Shown here one piece after another: positions 52,701-64,000 of a stretch of DNA of 64,000 bases. Below the pieces are notes generated by a model. That model saw only the letters and a list, made by a program, of their open reading frames with translations. It made no database searches and was not told where the DNA came from. This DNA is from Chiloscyllium plagiosum (lineage: Eukaryota). The stretch is taken from NCBI RefSeq assembly GCF_004010195.1, contig NC_057719.1, positions 42,062,239-42,126,238 on the forward strand. The letters run 5' to 3'. Position 1 is the first letter of the stretch. Each line of letters opens with the position of its first letter. The translations under genes and the position numbers were made by a program.

Positions 52701-52899
52701 CCATGTAAGCTTAGGTGGGTTTTACTGAAGAAGCTATCTTCAAATCTTGACATGCTCCCGACAGTCGTGACATTTAAACACAGTGAAACACATACAGATA
52801 TATACAGTTTGCAGTTAAAATAAAGTTATCAGTCAAAGTCTTTGTTTTCGTCAGGAGGTGCAGTCATGCTTCTGTGTGGTTTGTTCTGTTATGTTTTTG

Positions 52900-55800
52900 G
52901 TGCTCCCCCCGGGATGACTGTCTTGTCTGCCTTTGCTGCTTGCATCTGGGGAGTGGTCAATGACATGAGTTTGACAGGAGTCTTGAAACAGTTTTAGTTG
53001 GGTCCAGTGCTTCCATGTGCCTTTTCCTTTAATATCGATGCAGGCTGGCAGCACTTCAGCCCATGTCCTGCCTGAGGCCTGCATAGCCTTAGCTAAAGTA
53101 TTTGTGAGCGTTCTATTCATTCTCTCTACCATCCTTGAGCTCTGGGAGTGATAGGGGATGTGGAATTTTTGTCTAATGCTGAGTAATTGGCAGACAGTTT
53201 TCATGACCACGGCTGTAAAATGTGTCAGAGTCGATCTAGAGGGTCACCCCCACCTTGAGTTTATCTCCTCCGCTAATATTCTGGCCAGAATGGTAGCAGT
53301 GCAGCTTTTGGTTGGGAATGTTTCTACCCACTGGGTGAATTGGTCTATGATGACCAGGCAGTACGTTTTCCCATGGGAAGGTGGTAGTGGCCCTGTAAAA
53401 TCTATCTGAAGGTGTTCCCAGGGTCCCCTAGGTCTGGGCTGGTGTCCCATCCTAACTTTTATTGGTCTCCCTGGGTTATGTTGTGCACAAACCATGCATT
53501 TGCAGCAGGACTTGGCCACATCTCTTCCCATTCCCTTCCACCTACCACTCTCTCCCTAGGCTTGCTATCATGGCCTCTCTATCTGTATGGGAGAGCCCAT
53601 GGTGCAGTTCAAGCAATGTGTTCTGTATACATGTTAATGCTACCACCTTGTCTGCTCGCCTCCAGACACCATCCTTCCCTTTGAATGCCCCCCACAGTTT
53701 CCGTTGTTCTTTCTCTTCCTGCGGAGTGTCCTCCAGCAGCTGCTGAATTTGGATAGCGTCTTTTGCTAATTCATTAGTGGCAATTGCAGTCTCGTAAATA
53801 GCTTCTTGTTCTAGGGTTTCTTTGAATTTTAGCCAACCTGGGCTCTCTTTTGCTGGCTCCTTTTGATGGGCTTTTATTTTTATTACTGCAGCTTTTTTAG
53901 GCTTTTCACTGGCACGCAATAGTGCCTGACTTCTTAATTGTTGTCTGATAGGGGTTCCCCCCGTGGTGGTGAACCCTCTTCCTCCCATGCCACCATGAAG
54001 TCATGGACTACACTGAAGGCATATTGACTGTCCATACATGTATTCACGGTTTTTCCTTTTGCTAGTTCCAGTGCTTTGGTGAGTGCTACCAATTCTGCTA
54101 CCTTTGCGGACTGACTTTAATCAATCCTCCCGGACATAACCGTTTCTAACTTATCATCTACCACAGCCCATCCTGTTTGGAGTGACCCTGCTACTTATTT
54201 TCATAACCCGTCCATGAAGAAGGTCTCCTCAGCTGTGTCTAGAGGTATCTTTTACTCACCCACTATCCTCATCCCCATCCATATCCCCACAACTGCGCAG
54301 TTCCCCTGTGTCTAGAATTCCCTCAGCTTGGTTTTCTCCTGCATCCTTAACTATTACCACGTACTGACTTGGGGGCAAAGGAACTGCCTCCCACTTTGCC
54401 CTTCTCGTATTGGAAATGGCCCTCAGTTTCTCTCTACTATGGTTGAGTGCAGAGGATAACAGTCCCTGTCATTACTACAGGCTCGCTAACCCTAATGGCC
54501 CGAGCAGCACAGTCTAAGGCTGCTATACACCTGGGCAACCCGGTGACTACTGGCCCTTCTGTGGTTGAGTAGTACCCTACACACCTTCTCCTGTTAACGT
54601 GGTCTTCGGGTGACCACTGCAGAGTAAAATCCTCCCTCATTATTACAGTGGATGTGAAAATCCTTGCGGGGATCTGGAAACCCTAACCCCGGGGGTCAAT
54701 ATGAGCTGAGTTTTAAGCTGACTGTATGCCTCCTCCTGTTCTGGTCCCCAGGTTACAGGTTCCAAGGTGGGCTTGCCTCCTTTAATTAATCTCTGGATCA
54801 GTGCAGCCAATTTTGTGAACTCGGGTATAAAGCTCTAACTGTAGTTGAATAGCCCCATGACCTTTCTGACCCCCTGACAGTGGCAGTCGTAGCATCTGTT
54901 GGATTGCCTTTTTACAGTCAATGGGCATTTCTTTGAGTCCCTGGGATATAAGGTAAGGTATAAGATTGGGGTTATGCCAATCTGTGCCTTTGTGGGCCTC
55001 TGCGGTTGCCAATTCCTGCAATACCAGCCCTAAAGCTTCCTGGTGTCCTGACTCTGAGGCAATTAGGATATTACCTACATTTGGAGGGCAGTGCTGCCCT
55101 CTGGTAAATCTATTCTCTTTAGGATGTCTCTCATCACCCTGTGAAAAGTAGTGGGGCTGTTGTGGAACCCTTGTGGCAGGTGAGTCCATGTGTACTGCCT
55201 GTTCCTTACTGTAAAAGTGAATTTGTTCTGGGACGCAGGGTGTAACGGGATAGACAAGAACCTGTTGGCTATGTCTAAAACAGTAAACCTCTTGTGCTCA
55301 GGGGCCAAGCTGTTTAAAATGGTGGAGGGGTCTGCTATAATGGGATGCAATTTGGGGGTGACCTTATTTAGTCCCGTATAATCAATGGTGAGCCTATAGC
55401 TCATTACAAGCTTTATTACTGGCCATGCTGGGGAATTAGTTGTACTTGTGGTTTCTTTCAGGATTCCCTGTTTCACTAGTCCTTGTACTACCTTCACAAC
55501 TGCTTGTTCTGCTTCAGGTTTTATTGGGTATTGCTGGTGGGGCTTATGCTCCAGCCTGGGAACCTTATTGGGCCTATCCTAACTAGGCCTGTATCTAACT
55601 TTGTTTCTGCCCAGGTTCCAGGCATGGAGGTGCAGATGGCTCCAACTCCCCCCTTTTTGAGGTTCCAGTCCCTACTGGTGGCTGGAACCACTTTAATAGT
55701 TTCAAGGTGACTTGTAAGTTTCCCAACCTAAGTCTCCCGACTGTCCTGTCTGGGCCAAATCAAATTTTCCTTTTGCACAATCCATTAGAACATTATATTC

Positions 55801-56112
55801 TCCTATGAGATCATTGTTCATTATAAAGCCCTCGTTATTTTGGCTTACATAGAATCTCATGAGGATACATATAGATATATATATATATATATTGTTTATT
55901 TCTACAAGGGTGGTTTCACTTAGGCAAGCTGGTGTTTTGTCCCCTCCTACCCTAGTTAAGTGAATCATTTTATGCATGTTGTGTAAGGGTAAGTTTGCGA
56001 TAGATACAGCCACTCCTGTATCTACTAGCATTTCACATTTCCTCCCTCCTATTACTGTGGGTACATAGATTCTCCCCTCTCCCTTACCCTCACAAATGGG
56101 GGCAGCTGGTTG
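52900..56112 (-). pseudogene. pol: ERV-A pro-pol (PR, RT, RNaseH, IN) with many frameshifts
   Basis: MLVDTG; YRLTIDY, FTVLDIAN, LPQGFHNSP; KIKAHQ; HHGLSH..CMVC, PWEHLQIDF, ERMNRTL. Confidence 0.93.
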
Positions 56113-56550
56113 TCAGCTCTGCTGATCTCGGGACTCCCGCGGTTCCGCGGTGTTCCGGGTAGTGTTTGGGAGTGCCCCATGCTTTTCCCAGCTCACTGCT
56201 TCTGTGTGTCCTGTCCTGTTGCAGCGGCTGCAGTATTTTACATTGTTACCTGCTCTTACTCTTGTATTCTTTCCTCCAGCTCTTTAACTTGTTCCTGGTC
56301 CTTTCTCGACCTACTCATGGAGGTACTCACTTGTTCACAATTAGGCCTGCTAACTGGTATGCTAACATTATTCCTATCTTTTTAGAATTATTTTGTTTTT
56401 GTTTATCTACCAACTCTTTCTGTTGTGCTCACGCCAGGGATGGATCCCAACCACTTTTCTTCATTTGTTCTGTCAGCCCTTGTCTGTCTGCCTTGTACTT
56501 CTCAATAAGGGAACCTGCAGTATCCCCTTAAAACTTTGGTCTGTCATTTA
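56113..56550 (-). pseudogene. gag: ERV-A gag remnant (N-terminal part; capsid apparently deleted)
   Basis: Only ~440 bp between a plausible ATG (~56548) and the in-frame TGA preceding the protease; no MHR or zinc knuckle seen. Confidence 0.55.
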
Positions 56551-57320
56551 GCAGATTGTATATTCCCGGATATCACCAACAGTAAAGTGTTCCTAATCCA
56601 GTGGGGACTTCTCTACCCCCTGGCCAATAATACTGTCCCAGCACCGTCTGTACGGCTGTAGCAGCCTCCTAGCAAGGGGTGTTCTATACCGGTGGGACTT
56701 CTCTACCCTCCTGGCCACTCTGTCGTTCTAATACGGACTGACAGGGTATCACGGTTACTCACAGTGTCCATGCTCCCCACCTTGGTTATGTGCGCTCCAC
56801 TGAGGTTTGGCTCTTGGTCAGAGTGATCAGCTCCAATTCCTCACCACACTGGAAGTTACAAGTACAAACAGCACCCGACCTTTAACTTAAACTCTAACTG
56901 GACTCTGCATTGTTCGCTCCTACACAATCCAATGTTATCCGACTTTGCCACTTGTGCTTCACAGCTCCCAGTGCCCTTGGCACCTCAATTCCCACTTCAA
57001 ATCCCAACCTCCACGTGGTGGGGGCTACCCTCTTAACAACTGGTTTAGGGCAAGGCTTTTGAGACAGGCACTACCCTGTCCTCTGGCTGTTTCAGCACAA
57101 ACAGCTGGTTCTTACAACAGTTAATACAGTTAAAGACTTATTCTCCTCAGACATGAACTTAAAAATTTTTAACTCAGTACTGTAGCAAATCAGACATTAC
57201 AATCGGTATACCTTTTAAACTGTGTCCTTGACCTGGTCTGACTCTTCTTGTTTGCAGGTACAAATTTGTTCTTACCCTGGTTCCCCGATCGTGGCCTTCG
57301 ACCAGGACACCAGTAATAAG

Positions 57321-57339
57321 AACCCTGCTCGCAGTGCCA
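57321..57339 (-). promoter_or_regulatory. ERV-A primer-binding site, tRNA-Ser
   Basis: Minus strand tggcactgcgagcagggtt 2 nt after the LTR; complementary, with about 2 mismatches, to the vertebrate tRNA-Ser(TGA/CGA) 3' end (..AACCCTGCTCGCTGCGCCA, recalled). Confidence 0.75.
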
Positions 57340-57341
57340 AT

Positions 57342-58074
57342 TGTTGTAGGGAAAATCACCAGCTGCAGAGTCAGAGTCGGGGTTCAAAAACAGTGTTTAT
57401 TGTACAAGGACTGGAGCTCTGGGGAGAGAAAGACAGCAACAGCACAGTGGTCAGCTGCGAGTCTTCTCTCAACCCAGAGCACATGCAAGACACTTTGCCT
57501 CTTGTGATATAATAGGTCAGTGATGAGATTATTGTCATTGTAACATAGTTTGTTTGTTGTAAACATTGCAGAATCATTGGTAGTTTCGATGCAGTCATTG
57601 TCAGTTCCAGTGCAGCCTTTGTTAATTTCAGCACGGTCATTGTTAGTTTCAGTGCAGATGTTGTCAGTTTCAATGTCTGTGTGGAAGTCCATTGCTGTAG
57701 TAATGGGTGCTGATCGCTCTTCTTGAGAAGGACGGTTACTGCAGTCCTGGCTGTTAGCACTCTGTATTGAATTCGTATCAAACTGTTAACATTTCTATCA
57801 AAGGTGTTGGCTGGACCCAGATACTTCGGCGGGCCGTGTACGTAACTCATGTGTATTCTCTCCCCAATCCGCCTTAAACTACTCAACTAGGTTGTGAGTG
57901 CATTGTGCTGGCATTCTGATGGCCCCAGGCAGTGCCTGTATTTGCTCTGCTGTCTTTCCCCATATTGTGGTCTGGTGGCCATCTTGTGTGTCAAGTAGCC
58001 AACTTATGGCTCAGTGGCCATCTTGTGTGTCCATGCGTCTCGTGTCACCCTGTCCCGTGCCATCTCCCACTTCA
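57342..58074 (-). repeat. ERV-A 5' LTR
   Basis: Colinear with 50548-51288; followed on the minus strand by the PBS. Confidence 0.92.
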
Positions 58075-58104
58075 CTCTCCCCTTTGTGGTCAAGGATATG
58101 TGCA

Positions 58105-58260
58105 ACACTGATGTGAGTGTTTCAAACAATGGGCTACAATTTGTGAAATAGTGCTTCTACCACTTTTTCCTGGATTTGAACAGGACACTAGTTTGCCAGG
58201 GTACCCTCAATCTAGCATGGAGGCCAAATATGGGATCAGAACAGTTAAGTCAATCTTGTA
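58105..58260 (+). pseudogene. Ty3/Gypsy integrase fragment
   Basis: VSNNGLQF and, after a frameshift, TSLPGYPQSSMEAKYGIRTVKSIL (cf. VSDNGPQF...TSSPxYPQSNGxAERxVRTVK). Confidence 0.65.
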
Positions 58261-58267
58261 ACTTTTA

Positions 58268-59103
58268 GGAGAAAGTGAGGTCTGCACATGCTGGAGATCA
58301 GAGTCACGAGTGTGTTGCTGAAAAAACACAGTAGACCAGGCAGCATCCGCAGAGCAGGTGTTTGATATTTCAGGCCAGAGCCATTCATCAGGAATGAGGC
58401 TGGAAGCCTCAGGGATGAAGAGATAAATGGGAGGGGGTGGAGCTGGGGAGAAGATAGCTAAGAGTGCAATAGGTGGATGGAGGTGGGGGTAAAGGTGATA
58501 GGTCAGAGGGGAGAGTGGATCGGATAAGTGGGAAACGAAGATTGAGAGGTGGGACAGATCGTGAGGACAGTGCTGAGTGGAAGGTTGGAACTGGGGTAAA
58601 GTGCAGGAGGGGAAATGAGGAAACTGGTGAAGTCCACATTGATGCCCTGGGGTTGAAGGGTCCTGAGGCGAAAAATGAGGTGTTCTTCCTCCAGGCATCA
58701 GGTGGTGAGGGAGTAGCGGTGGAGGAGGCCTTGGACCTGCATGTCCTCAGCAAAGTGGGAGGGGGAGTTGAAATGTTCAAACTCCCACCACTCCAACAGC
58801 AACAAGAAAAGAAGCCCCCTGATCCTCATCTTCCATGCCACCAACCTCCACATAAATCGCATCATCCACTGACATTTCCGCCACCTAAAAATGGACCCCA
58901 TCACCAGGGATATATTTCCCTCCCCACCCCTATCCAATTTCCTCAAAGACCATTCCCTCCGTGACTACCTGGTCAGGTCCACGCCCCCTAACAACCCACC
59001 TTCCCCTCCTGGCACATTCCCCTGCCACCGCAGGAATTGCAAAAACCTGCACCCACACCTCCCCCCTCACCTCCATACAAGGCCCCAAAGGAGCCTTCCA
59101 CAT
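58268..59103. mobile_element. PLE with an inverted terminal repeat (minus, 58268-~58780) and a plus-strand body cut by ERV-B
   Basis: Minus core cctgatgaatggctctggcctgaaat; plus body homologous to 21513-21650 and 37240-37520, ending at gagccttccacat|TG. Confidence 0.85.
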
Positions 59104-59854
59104 TGTTGGGGAGATTTCACTGGGGTGTTTAATGTAGGGCTAGGGAGGGTGACACTAGTTCTGCAGCCCTGAAATGGTTAACAACAGCCAAGCGAGCTGC
59201 TGCTGGCGACTGCATGACTACCTGGCTGGAGCTTGTAAGGGATATGCATAATGTTAATTAAATCTTGGAGCCTGTAAATACCAGCCAGTATCAATTGCCC
59301 CATCGAAACTCGGGATTAATAAAGAAACCGATCGGAATCTGTAACTGTTAGACAAGTGCGAATTGCTCTATCGGAACCTGTAACTGTTAAGTGTGAATGG
59401 CTCTATTTAAGTCTAAAGTTGATAAGTGTAATTGTCAATTTAGTTAAACTGAAACTATTGAAAATGGCTAGCCTGTCAGACGCATAGTAATTCCTTGAAA
59501 CAATGAACTATCGAATACGGGATCGGAACCGCTCCCGGGGATGGCTGAGCCATTGTCAAGCACAGCAGGAGCTGGACAGACACTTCGATGCGGCCAATAG
59601 GAGGACGGATCCCCAGCGCGCGCAGATGAATAGACCAATGGGGAAGGCGAACTGACCGGGGACTCCAGGCAGCGCGAAGTATAATTGTGTCAAGTTTGAA
59701 CGAGAAGGGAGAACGCCTTCTCCAACGAATGCATGCTTGTAGATTCGTTGTACCAGGGAATAAACGGCTGTCTGCGTCTAACCATAGTTGCCAGTGTGAG
59801 TCTCTCCTTCCGAAAGAACACGCAAAGACGGGACCCCGTGGGTCCGTCTTAACA
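59104..59854 (+). repeat. ERV-B 5' LTR
   Basis: TGTTGGGG...TTAACA; CCAAT at ~59594 and ~59635, TATAA at ~59680, AATAAA at 59759; ~38-bp tandem repeat in U3 at ~59331-59406. Confidence 0.85.
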
Positions 59855-59856
59855 TT

Positions 59857-59874
59857 TGGTGACCCCGACGCGGG
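59857..59874 (+). promoter_or_regulatory. ERV-B primer-binding site, tRNA-Trp
   Basis: tggtgaccccgacg matches the first 14 nt of the canonical tRNA-Trp PBS TGGTGACCCCGACGTGAT. Confidence 0.88.
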
Positions 59875-60137
59875 AAGGAAAAGAGACAACGGCAAGTTGG
59901 CAACGTTGGCGGATCAGGGAGCAGACAACCTTCGGCCGAAGTTTTCTAAAGGTGAGGAAGCACCTGTTAAATCTAAGGCTTCCAGTAGTTAGATTTTCTC
60001 TCAGTTAGTTTCTTGTCTGCTCTCCGACCCTCTCCAACCCAAAAAACCTGATCAATTTGACAGCAGCATCGCAGAGTCCTGACTGGTAAGCTTTTACTAA
60101 CCTTTTAACTTACCTAGAGTGTTTATTTCACTAACGC

Positions 60138-60298
60138 CTATCTGTTTTTGCCTGAGTCCCTTGCGCAGCTTTCGGAGCCGGAGCGCATATCTGTTTTTGC
60201 CTGAGTTCCTTGCGCAGATTTTGGAACCGGAGCGCCTAACTGTGTTTGCCTGAGTCCCTTGCGTGGCTTTCGGAGCTGGAGCGCATATCTGTTTTGCC
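60138..60298 (+). repeat. Three-plus copies of a ~49-bp tandem repeat in the ERV-B leader
   Basis: Unit tatctgtttttgcctgagtcccttgcgcagctttcggagccggagcgca. Confidence 0.9.
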
Positions 60299-60593
60299 CG
60301 ATTTTGCAGATTGTTCTGCCTGACACTTACCTGACGTTACCTACCTGAGCGCTGACCATATTCGACTTCCTGGATCCATGTTACTGAGCACTTAAAACTG
60401 ATTAATTTTTTGTTTGCATATTCGTTGTGACCACCGAACATACCCGGGGTGACAGAGGTCGGAACTCTTCTCCTAAAGAGGGTTTAACCGTACAGACGTC
60501 TGCCGGTTGTTAAGAGCAGAGATCTGCCACGCGAAGGTCAGGCTTTGAAAGACGTACTGTTCTTGAAGCGGTTCCCTTCAGGGGAGATCCGAC

Positions 60594-61550
60594 ATGGGGG
60601 ACCTGAATTTCGGACCACCTCAGTTGACTCACCTCAGGACAGCACGTCCCGGAGTGCCCTGGTGGCACTGCAGGGACGGTGGGGACATGCCTATTCACAG
60701 TCAGTTACTGCTGGATAGCGTAGCCCTGCATAAGGAAAAGTTGGACCTGGTGATTGCCCAAGCACCAGAACAAAAAGGAATTATCCTGACAAGATTGAGG
60801 GAAACATTTAAAAATCCCACATTAATGATCAAGATTCTGGACGGTCTCTACAGGTCACCACATTATTCGGCTCTCCAAACAATTGCGCTAGGCAAGCCCC
60901 CCGCTGGGTGGGCACCCCCGAGCACTGATAGCTCCCGGGAATGGAAAACAAAAATGGTTGTGACTTTTACCCCGCAGTGGCGATACAGACCGGTTTGTTC
61001 CCCTAATGGCCCAACTGTTTCGGACGGTCTTACCCGGGAGCTAGACTATTTAGCCACGACTGTTACTTTACCCACTGATGCATACACTAACGAGTCCACC
61101 GCAGTCCCAAAAACCCCCGACTCGCGGCCACCAACAGGGGAGATATTGGGGGAGATCAGGACCCAGTTAAGGGAGAATAATACTGCTATGGAAGCTAAAA
61201 GAAAGATCCGTAACCTAGATAATAGTCTCAAGCTGTGGCGGGTTAAGAACTGGATGACCAACCCTTCTTTACGACAAGCGAATTTGATGCCTTCCAAGCT
61301 AAAATCCTAACCTGCCTGCGGGAGAGGAAAGGGGATACCAAGAAAGGGTTTTTTAATTTAGCCAAATCTTCCACTAGAAGGGAGGATGAAGACGTTTACT
61401 TGCAGGAGCTTCTGATACGCTTCCAAAGCCACTTACCGATTTCACCAATTCACACACCAGTATTGGATGAGCAGGGTCCTGTCCTGGAATGTGAGCCTGA
61501 GTGGTCTCTGAGCCAAACTCCAATTTACCCCCCCACCCCCTACACTTCTC
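60594..61550 (+). pseudogene. ERV-B leader/gag N-terminal ORF, probable frameshift at ~61245, truncated by deletion
   Basis: 238-aa ORF starting MG in the gag position; an overlapping frame continues to a Pro-rich stretch (PIYPPTPY) and then jumps into RT. Confidence 0.6.
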
Positions 61551-61554
61551 CTGT

Positions 61555-64000
61555 GGTGGTGAGTGTCAGGAGTGGTTTGCCTTCACCTTCGAGGGAGAGC
61601 GGTACACATACAATCGCCTCCCACAGGGATACAAAGTCTCCCCAGGCCTGTTTAGTGCGGCTTTGACCCCTATACTTAAACAGATATCGCTTCCCACCAG
61701 CACCACAATCATACAGTATGTCGATGATTTGTTGATTGCCAGTGAAACTGACACCCAAAATTTGGAGGCGGTCCGCACCTTGGTGGACACCCTTGTGGCA
61801 GCCGGTTTTAAAGTAAAACGGGAAAAGTGCCAGATAGCCCGAAAATCAGTATCCTTTATGGGACGAATAGTAGGAAAAGGGGGCACCACACTTTCAAGAG
61901 CGCACAGGGAAGCGATCCGCTCCTATGGCACCCCTATAACAGTACAGGACATGATGGCCTTCCTGGGGTTATGTGGGTATTCTCGCACCTACGTCCCTGA
62001 CTTTGTGACTATGACATCCCCACTCAGGGAAATGATCACGGAGGTTGGGGCAAAGAGGCTCAAGAGTCAGTTGCGATGGAACGCGGAGAGAGAGAAATCA
62101 TTCAAGGAGGTGAAGCAAGCTTTGGGAGCAGCGGCCACGCTAGCGCACCCAGACTATAAGAAAGGTTTCCACCTGGACGTGGCAGAGACTGAGGGGGTAG
62201 TAAACGCCGTCCTGTACCAAAAGGACCGAGGCTGCAGGAGAGTGCTGGGGTATTACAGCTGCCGTTTAGAGCCCATTGAGAAAGGGCAGCCAGGCTGTGC
62301 CAGATTTGTGGCAGCTGTAACGAAAGCGGTCAACACTGACCATCTAGTACTCTGCCATCCCTTGACTATTCACACAGATCACAGCATCGGAGCCTTTCTG
62401 GCCTCCAACTCATTCAGCTTTTCAGCTGGGCGGCAGGTTAGAATTGAGAATGCCCTTCTATCACCGCACATTACGTTTGCATCCGATAGGGGGAGTACTA
62501 GGAATATGATGGTGGGAGTGAATGGGGGATCCTTGAAGCCCCACGACTGTGTGCCAGAGTGGCTGAGGAGAGGAGGATACGTAAGGGGTTGCACACAGAA
62601 CCCCTGGCCGAGGCAGACTGGGACCTGTACACCGATGGCAGCAGCCGTCGGGAAGCAGGCGGCGTACGAGCCTCGTATGCCGTGGTCAGAGATTCAGGGG
62701 GGGTATACGACACCATTGAGTCTGGGGAAATCCCACAGCCTGCATCTGCACAGCTAGCAGAGATTACAGCCCTGACAAGGGCATTAGAACTGAGTGAGGG
62801 ACACCGAGTTAACATCTTCACTGACTCCAATTATGCATGGACCGCAGTCCACGTAGAGGGCACAGCATGGGTTAGACGTGGTTTTAAAACCAGCACGGGG
62901 AGGCCGGTAAAACACGACCAGCGTTTGCGATGGTTGCTCCAGGCAGTGCATCGTCCAAGGGAAGTGGCAGTAGTGAAAGTGCAAGGACACTCTGCCTTAC
63001 GTACCAGGGAAGCGCTGGGAAATGATGCAGCTGAGAGGGCAGCCAAGCTCGCAGTGCAGATGGTCACCCTGAGGTCATGGACAGACACCCAACAGAGTCC
63101 GGGGCTGGGGGAGGGTAGCAGTGATTCCCCTGGGGAGGCAGCTAGGGTTGATGCCATTAGGCATCTGTGTGAGCTGCAGGGACGGGCGAGCAGTGCTGAG
63201 GTCAGGGAATGGGAGAATAAAGGCGCAGTCCGACAGTATGTGGAGGTCGAAGGGTCTCAACAGCCCCTTTGGCGATCCCCGGGAGGAGAGGTAGTGGCCC
63301 CGAGGGCTCTCCTCCTAACACTTTTCTCTGAAATACATGGGCCAACACACGTGGGAGTTGCCCAAGTTGTAAGAACCGTCCAGAACCACTGGTGTGCACC
63401 CCGGCTGCGGGAACATATAGAGAACCTGAGGGCTGAGTGCAGGGTGTGTAATGAGTACAACACCAGGAGAGTTCTCCCACACCCGATGTTAAAGTTCCCA
63501 ACCCCGACAGGGCCGTGGCAGGAGATCTGCATGGACTTTACGGACATGGGAGTCAAATGGAGGACCCCAGATAACTACAGATACATGCTAGTCGTAGTGG
63601 ACAGATTCTCCCGTTGGGTAGAGGCAACTCCTACAAAGACGGAGGATGGGGAAGTTGTTGTGAAGTGGCTCACAAAGGAATTGATTCCCCGCTATGGCGT
63701 CCTCCGAAAAATCTGCACAGACAATGGGACACATTTTAAAAACGAACATCTTGCCCGGGTGGAGGCTACTCTAGAGATACTTCACCGCTACGGCAGTGTC
63801 TACCACCCTGAGAGTCAGGGGTTAGTAGAGAGGGCCAATCGCACGCTTAAAGACAAGATTGCCAAGGTCATGGCAGGGACTGCATTGACGTGGGTGCAGG
63901 CACTCCCCCCTAGCCTTGCTGTCAATGAGGCAGGAAAGGAGTGGCGATACCTTCCTGACACCCCATGAAATCCTGACAGGTCGCTCCATGCCTGGCCCCC
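61555..64000 (+). pseudogene. pol: ERV-B pol (RT core, RNaseH, integrase); N-terminus deleted, frameshifts at ~62560 and ~63905
   Basis: [78 protein letters not shown]. Confidence 0.95.

Larger units (their letters stand above)
50548..58074 (-). mobile_element. Endogenous retrovirus ERV-A (epsilon/gamma-like, defective provirus)
   Basis: Paired LTRs, PBS and PPT; PR, RT, RNaseH, IN and env remnants in retroviral order on the minus strand. Confidence 0.95.
59104..64000 (+). mobile_element. Endogenous retrovirus ERV-B (epsilon-like, CpG-rich, continues beyond the window)
   Basis: LTR, PBS, leader, gag-like ORF and pol in order. Confidence 0.93.

Noticed and set aside
60138..60298. Regular repeats (also 50809-50892) as a CRISPR-like array
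   Set aside because: Head-to-tail tandem units without unique spacers, inside eukaryotic ERVs.

Overview
Repeat-rich, gene-poor vertebrate DNA, almost certainly from a cartilaginous fish; the HE1-type tRNA SINEs, CR1/HER1-type LINEs and Penelope-like elements point to a shark (inference from repeat content). No host protein-coding gene could be supported. The window holds many decayed CR1, RTE and Rex1 LINE pieces, five HE1-like SINEs and Harbinger-like Myb/SANT gene relics. A recurring family of Penelope-like (PLE) termini carries minimal hammerhead-ribozyme cores; several occur as short, TSD-flanked palindromic insertions, and one has captured 40 bp of neighbouring DNA. The right end holds two divergently oriented endogenous retroviruses. 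ERV-A (50548-58074, minus) has two LTRs, a tRNA-Ser PBS, decayed gag-pro-pol-env, a 21-bp-repeat ORF in U3, and a PPT in front of its 5' LTR. ERV-B (59104 to window end, plus) looks younger, has a tRNA-Trp PBS, an unassigned leader/gag ORF, a gag-to-RT deletion and a near-intact RT-RNaseH-IN. An N gap lies at 34594-35049. All calls are by eye; boundaries of old elements are approximate.
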